Shown here in pieces: positions 53,601 to 62,800 of a DNA stretch of 64,000 bases (the stretch's first letter is position 1; each line of letters opens with the position of its first letter). Made by a program: the position numbers and the translations under genes. The notes beneath the pieces were generated by a model. It had not been told where the DNA came from. It was given only the letters and a program-made list of their open reading frames with translations, and made no database searches. The stretch lies in assembly GCA_964234715.1 (NCBI GenBank), contig OZ174275.1, one strand, 5' to 3'. This DNA is from Podarcis melisellensis. Lineage: Eukaryota.

Positions 53601-56600
53601 CAGATCTCAGTGGAATAACTAAACAACTTATAACTTGCAAAGCTGGCAGCTCTTTCACTATTGACATACCAATTAGTGGACGTCCTGTTCCAAAGGTAAC
53701 ATGGAAACTTGAAGAAATGAGACTCAAGGAAACAGACAGAGTGACTATAAAGACAACAAAGGAAAGAACCACACTGACTGTTAAGGAGAGCATGAGAGGT
53801 GACTCTGGTAAATATTATTTGACACTTGAGAACACAGCTGGCGTGAAAACTTTCACTGTCACAGTCGTTGTTATTGGAAGACCTGGTCCAGTTACACGCC
53901 CCGTAGAAGTATCATCTGTGACAGCCGAATCCTGTGTGTTGTCATGGAAGGAGCCTGAAGATGATGGTGGCACTGGTATTACAAACTATATTGTTGAAAA
54001 ACGTGAATCTGGTACAACAGCATGGCAACTGGTAAATTCCAGCGTCAAACGTACACAAATCAAAGTAACTCACCTCACTAAATATATGGAATACACTTTC
54101 CGTGTAAGCTCAGAAAACAGATTTGGTGTCAGCAAGCCAGTAGAATCAGTACCGATAGTGGCTGAGCATCCATTTGGTAAGTAATAATTGTTTTAACAGA
54201 TGTGCATAAATTAATTCTTTTTTTAAAAAAAAACCAAAACCAAACACAGCAGTATTTAACAGTATTTCCCTTTATTTTCTTTCATCAGTCCCACCAAGCC
54301 CACCCACTAGACCCGAAGTCTATTTTGTTTCTGCCAATGCCATGTCCATTCGGTGGGAAGAACCGTATCACGATGGCGGCAGCAAAGTTGTTGGATACTG
54401 GATTGAAAAGAAAGAACGCAACACAATCCTCTGGGTGAAGGAAAACAAATCTCCATGTATTGAATGTAACTACAAAGCTACAGGGCTTGTGGAAGGTCTG
54501 GAGTATCAATTCAGAATATATGCATTAAACGCTGCTGGGCTGAGCAAAGCCAGCGAAGCTTCAAGGTCTGTCTTGGCCCAAAATCCTGTTGGTAAGTATA
54601 ACTGGTAGAGAGAAAGTGTGTGTCCTATGACTATTTAAAGGAACAATGGAGTGATATTTTTGCATTATGTTCTCTTACAGATCCACCGGGCAGGCCAGAG
54701 GTCACAGATGTAACAAGGTCTTCAGTGTCATTAACCTGGTCCCCCCCACTTTATGATGGTGGAAGCAAAATTGTTGGCTATATTGTAGAACGCAAACCAT
54801 ACAATGAAGCTGGAGATGGACGTTGGCTGAAATGCAACTATACCATTGTCTCTGAAAACTCCTTTACTGTGACAGCTCTTAGTGAAGGAGAGGAATACGA
54901 ATTCCGTGTTTTGGCAAAGAATGCTGCTGGTGTAATTAGCAAGGGTTCTGAATCTACTGGCCCTGTTGCCTGTAAAGATGAATACTGTAAGAGATGTTCA
55001 CGTGGGTTTTAAAATTAGGTCATGAATTGTCCATATTTTAAGAGATCAAAATACACATTTATTTATTTTGCTCTTTTTTTTTCATAGCACCACCTAAAGC
55101 TGAACTGGATGCCAAATTGCAAGGAGATGTTGTAACAGTTAGGGCTGGATCTGACCTGGTTCTTGAGGCATCGATTGGAGGAAAACCAGAACCCAAAGTA
55201 TTTTGGTCTAAAGGTGACAGAGAACTGGACCCAAGCGAAAAGGTCGCTTTGCAATACACAAGCAAGCATGCTGTTGCAATCATCAAGTTCTGTGACCGAA
55301 GTGATACTGGAAAATACACGTTAACTGTTAAAAATGCCAGTGGGACAAAGCAAGTTGCTGTCCTTGTCAAAGTGCTTGGTGAGTATTTCATAACTGCTAG
55401 TTTTCTGTGGCTATTTAACTTCTTTCCTTTCAAGTTTTATTTTGAGATTAAAGAATTTCTTTCATTGCAGTAATTATCCTTTTACTCTTTGTCAATAGAT
55501 TCGCCTGGTCCATGCGCTGGCAAAATCACCATAAGCAGAGTTACAGAAGAGAAGTGTACCTTGGCTTGGCGGATGCCTCAAGAAGATGGAGGGGCAGAAA
55601 TTACTCATTACATTGTAGAGAGACGCGAGACAAGCAGACTGAACTGGGTTATTGTTGAACCTGAATGTCCAACACTGTCATGTGTAGTAACCAGACTTAT
55701 AAAGAATAATGAATATATATTCCGTGTAAGAGCTGTCAACAAATATGGACCAGGTGTTCCACTTGAAACAGAACCCATTATTGCTAGAAATTCATTCAGT
55801 AAGTACTTCTCTAGCCTTGTGAAGTCTTCCCCCTTTGGGGGGAGGCACAAAGTAAGTTGTGTTACACACAATAAATGTGAAATACCTAATTTTTTTCCCT
55901 GCCTTTAATAAATATTTACAGCTATCCCATCACCACCTGGTGTTCCTGAATCAGTGGGTGCTGGCAAAGAGCACGTCATTATTCAGTGGCTGAAGCCAGA
56001 GTCGGATGGGGGCAATGAGATCAGCACCTATCTTGTAGACAAACGAGAAAAGAAAAGTCTACGCTGGACCCGCGTTAACAAAGACTACATCATTTATGAC
56101 ACAAGACTGAAAATTACTGGTCTAATGGAAGGCAGCGAATATCAGTTCCGTGTCACTGCAGTAAATGCTGCTGGCAACAGCGAGCCTAGCGATGCATCGC
56201 AGTACGTTTTGTGCAAAGACCCATCATGTAAGTTCATTCATTTATATTCATTAATTTTGTAGATGAAACAATATGAAGACTGCATAGCCCTTGAATCTAG
56301 AAGGTCCAGTGGTGCTGTTTGGACCATTCACCACAGCTCCACAGAGGATATACTTATTTATTTTTTAGCCATTTTTATGGCGCCAGGATGGATGCCTTAG
56401 AATGAGAGAATCGTAGAACTGTATAGTTGGAAGTGACCCATCAACCTGCAATGCAGGAATCTCAACTAAAGCATACATGAACATTGGCTATCCAACCTCC
56501 GCCTAAAAACCTCCAGTAAAAGAGAGTCCACCACCTCCCAAGGGAGTCTGTTCCACTCTTGAACAGCTCTTACCATCAGAAAGTTCTTGCTGGTATTTAG

Positions 56601-56843
56601 TCAGGACAAATTGTTCCAATTGGTTTGGTTCCTAGCCTCCAGAGTAGGAGAAAATGAGCTTGCTCCACTTCCCAGTGACAGTCCTTCAGATATTTGAAAA
56701 TGGCTATCATATCTCCTGTCAACCTCCCCTTGAACAGCCTAAGCATATGCAACTTTGTCTGCAGCAAGGAAGGCGAGGGCTGAATTTTAAGGAACAGGCT
56801 ACAAGAGAGAGAAAAAGGAGATAACATGTGAAAGTTCCTTCAA

Positions 56844-56894
<51 letters not shown>

Positions 56895-59800
56895 TTCTAC
56901 CCTGCCCGTCTGGATGGGTTTCCCCAGGCACCCTGGGCGGCTTCCAACAGAAGGTTAAAAATACATTAAAACATCCGTCATTAAAAATTTCCCTAAACAG
57001 GACTGCCTTCAGTTGTCTTATAGTTGTTTATTTCTTTGACATCTGATGGGAGGGCATTCTACTCCAAAGTGTTTCGTGTACTCCTGAACCTTCTAAGCCC
57101 TATTATTTTATTGTATCACTTTCTTGCATACCACAAGCTAAAGAAACAGCAGCACCTTAAACGCATCTGCTCCTTGGGAGCAGACTGTACTGAAACAGGT
57201 AGCCAGTGTTAAAATTATATCCCAATCCGAGTACAGGAGCATATATAATCATAGTTACTACAGAAGTGTTTAAATGATGATTCATTCAGGTTTTAAGGAT
57301 CCACTGTAGTAACATGAAGTGTGTATTTTTTTTTTCCTTTCCAAAGATACTCCTGCTCCACCTTCACCGCCAAGAGTTGTGGATACTACTAGAACTAGCA
57401 TAAGCTTGGCTTGGACAAAGCCCATGTATGACGGTGGCGTTGATTTATTAGGCTATGTCCTTGAAATGAAAGAAGAAGGAACTGAACAATGGTATCGGGC
57501 ACATAGCACTGCCACCATAAGAAACACCGAATTCACTGTGACTGGTCTGAAAATAAGCCAGAAGTACCGCTTTAGAGTGGCTGCCACAAATGTAAATGGT
57601 ATGAGTGAATACAGTGAGACCCCTGCTGAAATAGAACCTGTGGAAAGGCTAGGTAATGTCAAGATCGAGCCTTCATAAAATATTTGCAAACTTACAAATT
57701 GCAAATTTGTTCAGAAACATTCAAATGCAACCTAATCTTTTATTTCCATCCCCACCTATAGAAATACCAGAACTTGAGCTTGCTGAAGACCTCAAGAAGA
57801 CTATTACGGTTAGAGCAGGTGGCTCTTTACGTCTAATGGTGTCAGTATCTGGCAGACCAACACCAATGGTTACATGGAGCAAGAAGGGTGTTGACCTAGC
57901 AAGTCGAGGTATTATTGACACCACAGACAGCTACACACTGTTGGTTGTGGATAAAGTGAACCGGTACGATGCTGGAAAATACGTCCTTGAGGCTGAAAAT
58001 CAATCAGGAAAGAAATCTGCCACAATTATGGTTAAAGTCTATGGTAAGTGCAAATACTGTTGTTTATTGTTACAGCAATACCTTTGCCCATTCCATCACA
58101 AATTCAAAGATATTTGCTTTTTTTTTTTTTTTAAAGAGGGATTTAGTTTGCAGAGTAATGGTAGTCTCCAACTTTAATTTGCTTATGCAGAAAAAATACT
58201 ATACAAAGTGTAATGCAGATAAAATATGACAAAGGTTCTATTTTGCCGTTTGTTCCACAGATACCCCTGGACCACCAGGAGCAGTGAAAGTTAAAGAGGT
58301 TACAAAAGAGTCTGTGACAATTACTTGGGATATTCCAACTATTGATGGAGGAGCTCCAGTCAACAACTATATAATAGAGAAACGGGAGGCTGCCATGCGA
58401 GCATTCAAGACAGTAACTACTAAATGCAACAAAACCTTTTACAGAATTTCCGGGCTCATTGAAGGAGCGCTATACTACTTCAGAGTACTGCCAGAAAATA
58501 TCTACGGCATTGGTGAACCCTGTGAGACAGCAGATGCAGTGCTGGTGTCAGAAGTTCCAAGTGCGCCTCAGAAACTGGAGGTGGTTGATATAACTAAATC
58601 TACTGTATCGCTTGCATGGGAAAAACCACAGCATGATGGTGGCAGCAGATTAACTGGCTATGTAATTGAGGCCAGTAAAGCTGGAACAGAAAGGTGGATG
58701 AAAGTTGTAACACTGAAACCTACGGTCCTTGAGCACACAATAATTTCATTAAATGAAGGTGAACAGTACCTGTTTAGAGTAAGAGCGCAAAATCAAAAGG
58801 GTGTGTCTGAACCAAGAGAGATAGTCACAGCAGTGACAGTACAAGAACAAAAAGGTAAGAGTCATAATTACAATGGAAAAAATGGAACATTATTCTAAGT
58901 GCTGAGACATGGTTTAACAAATATTAATAATGTTGGGTTTATTATTATTATTTTAGTTCTACCTGCAATTGACCTTACTGGAATACCTCAAAAGACCATT
59001 CATGTACCAGCTGGCAGACCTATAGAGCTAGCTATCCCAATTTCTGGACGACCACCTCCAGCTGTTTCTTGGTTCTTTGCTGGCTCTAAACTACGAGAAT
59101 CAGACCGGGTCAAAGTTGAAACAGTTGCTAAGGTAGCTAAATTAACCATACGTGAAACCACAATACATGACACTGGAGAATACACACTTGAACTGAAGAA
59201 CACAACTGGAACAGCTATGGAAAGAATAAAAGTTATTATTCTGGGTAAGAATTTGCTTTGAAAATGTAATTGTCCATAATTTTTTCTTGCCTAATTTCCC
59301 CAAATTCAAGCATTTCCTTGTTTAACTATTTCTTTGATTATATCTCATTTATTTCATTTTCACAGACAAACCTGGACCACCTACTGGACCTATTAAAATT
59401 GTTGATATTGATTCAACTTTTGTAACCATTTCATGGGAACCACCTGAGATGGATGGGGGTGCAGCACTAAGTGGATATGTGGTGGAGCAACGAGATGCAC
59501 ATCGTCCAGGATGGTTACCAGTGTCTGAATCTGTAACCCGGACAACATATAAGTTTTCTAAACTTACTGAGGGTGCTGAATATGTGTTCCGTGTGGCTGC
59601 CACAAACCGCTTTGGAATTGGATCATACTTGCAGTCTGAAATTGTAGAATGCAAGAGCAGAATTAGTAAGTAAATATTCTTTTTTCTAGTCCTCTGCATT
59701 TAAAAAGTCCAGATCAGTTTACATGGACACATATAGAAGAAACAAGTCTTGATACTATGTACATTCTATTTTCATTTTCCTGAAATAAGAATGAAAGAAC

Positions 59801-62800
59801 TAGTCTACAATACCCTGCTTATTCAGACCAAAATATGATTGTAAATGGAATTTTCATCTCATTTTAAAAATCTATTTATTGTAGGTGTTCCTGGTCTTCC
59901 TGGTACCCCAGAAGTGTTTGATATCTCCCGTGATGGAATGACACTTACTTGGTATCCACCAGAAGAAGATGGTGGTTCACAGGTCACTGGCTATATTGTG
60001 GAACGCAAAGAAGTTAAATCAGAGAGATGGGTCCGTGTAAACAAAGTTGCAGTCACTATGACACGCTATCGTTCCACTGGGTTGATTGAAGGACTGGAGT
60101 ATGAACATCGTGTCACAGCTATCAATGCTAGGGGTGCTGGCAAACCAAGCCGAATTTCCAAGCCTGCAGTTGCTAGAGATCCAATTGGTAAATAATTTGC
60201 AAAATTCATAACATATACTAGTGACTTCTGTTCAGTCATTTTATTTGCAAAATAGTTGATACTAATATTTTGGACTGCCTTTTAAACATCAAAACTATAC
60301 CTTTAATATATCTAACGCGCTCTAATAATATATTTCAGCTCCTCCGGGTAAACCTCAGAATCCAAGAGTGACAGATACTACAAGAACATCTATTTCCTTG
60401 GCTTGGAGTCCACCAGAAGATGAAGGCGGGTCTAAAGTCACTGGCTACTTAATTGAAATGCAAAAGGTTGATCAGTTTGAATGGACCAAATGCAATACCA
60501 CCCCCACCAAGATCCGTGAATACACTCTAACACATCTTCCACAAGGTGCAGAGTATAGATTCCGTGTTATAGCATGCAATCTCGGTGGCCCGGGCGAACC
60601 TGCTGATGTGCCCGGAACAGCCAAAGTGACTGAAATGCTTGGTAAGATGCTGTAATGAAATACAAATTTTAAAGAACATAGCGCTATTTAGCTTTCTGCA
60701 TACATAACATGATCTCTTTTTCCTCCTCCCAGAAATCCCTGATTATGAACTTGATGAAAAATACCTGGAAGGTGTATTTGTAAGGCAAGGTGGAGTAGTT
60801 AAGCTTACAGTGCCAATTAAAGGTAAACCCATTCCAATATGCAAATGGACTAAAGAGGGACATGATGTCACCAAGAGAGCCATGATTGCAACTTCTGAAT
60901 CAGATACTGAACTTGTGATAAAAGATGCAGAACGAGAAGATTCTGGTACCTATGATTTGACGCTTGAAAACAAATGTGGCAAGAAGGTTGTCTACATCAA
61001 GGTCAGAGTGATTGGTATTCCAAATCCACCAGAAGGGCCACTTGAATATGATGACATACAAGCACGCTCCGTTAGAGTCAGCTGGAAGCCTCCAAGTGAC
61101 GATGGTGGTGCAGATATAATAGGATACAATATTGAGAGACGTGAAGTACCAAAGACTGCCTGGTACACCGTTGGCTCCAGAGTAAGGGGTACATCACTGG
61201 TAGTGAAAGGACTCAAAGAAAATGTGGAATACCACTTCCGTGTTTATGCTGAAAACCAGTTTGGTGTAAGCAGGTCCCTGAAATCTGAAGAGCCAGTGGT
61301 GCCAAAGACACCTTTGAGTAAGTATACGGGTTCAGAAAATGCATGTATGTGTGTGCATCTCTCACATACTTTATTTTATTTTCCAAGGTGCTTGGGGGAG
61401 TGTACATTGTCTGCCCCCTTTTTATCCTGATAATAAACCTGTGAGGTAGGTTAGGTTGAGAGAGAATGACTGCCCAAAAGTAACTGAGGTTGCAGTCCTA
61501 TACAGGCTTATCTGGGAGTAAGTCCTATTAAAGTTAGGATCACTTAGTTCTGAGTTGACATGTACAGCACTGTTTAGTGAGTTCATGACTGAACGGACAT
61601 GGGAACCCAGCTTTCCACGGTTGTGGTCCAATACTCTTAACTCCTATGCCAGAAGGACCAATGGTTATTGTTACATTCTTTTCAACAGATCCTCCGGAGC
61701 CTCCAAGTTACCCACCAGAAATCCTTGATGTCACAAAGAGTTCCATTAGCTTATCTTGGTCCAGACCTAGAGATGATGGTGGCTCTCGCGTCACTGGCTA
61801 CTATATTGAACGTAAAGAGACAACTACTGAGAAATGGGTCAGGCACAACAAGACTCACATCACAACTACAATGTATACAGTCACAGGGCTGGTTCCAGAT
61901 GCTGAATATCAGTTCCGTATTGTAGCCCAAAATGACATCGGTGAGGGTGAACCCAGCCCTGCTTCGGAACCAGTTGTGTGCAAGGATCCATTTGGTACGT
62001 AAATGTAACTTCTGTGGTAGAGGGTATCAGTATGGCAGGGTTTGGGGTTTTTTTGGAAAATACACCTTTTTTAATTAAAATACTTTGAAATTTTACAGAC
62101 AAACCAAGCCAGCCTGGAGAAATTGAGATCACGTCCATATCTAAGGATAGCATTACTTTAGAATGGGAGCGCCCTGAATGCGATGGTGGTAAAGAGATCA
62201 TCGGATACTGGATTGAATATCGCCAGTCTGGAGAGTCTACCTGGAAAAAGTGCAATAAAGAACGTAACAAAGACAGGCAGTTTATCATGGGAGGCTTACT
62301 GGAAGCTACAGAATATGAATTCAGAGTTTTTGCAGAAAATGAGACTGGACTCAGCAGACCTCGTAGAACAGCTATGGCAGTAAAGACAAAACTGACATGT
62401 ACGTTTAACTATTCCATTATATTCACTGTGCTTTATGTAGCTGTTGAAAAGATATGACATGTCACAGTAAACTGTGCTATGGTATAAAGTGGTTTTGAAG
62501 TAATTTGGCAATTCCATTATGTAACTAGGACACTCTGTTTTCATGTATTTATTTTTCTGAATGGACCTCGAGGAAGGAAATAAGCTATTTCCTACTCCAG
62601 GGCTAATAAAATTAATGATTCATTAAATGGGCAGCATAAAAATTATGCTTGGTACCATAGCATTATGGTTTGGGAGGGAATGTGGAATAAAAGACAATGG
62701 GAAAAGCTTTCAATACATTTTTTTCTCCCTTTATAAATATAGCTGGAGAAGCACCAGGAGTAAGACAAGAAATGAAGGATGTTACTACTAATCTGGGTGA

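Larger units (their letters stand above)
14348..62398 (+). repeat. Eleven C-zone 11-domain super-repeats (Ig-Fn2-Ig-Fn3-Ig-Fn3)
   Basis: Lead Ig of the [11 protein letters not shown] type at ~14348, 21539, 26811, 30063, 33309, 36552, 39801, 43038, 48066, 52720 and 57762. Confidence 0.93.
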
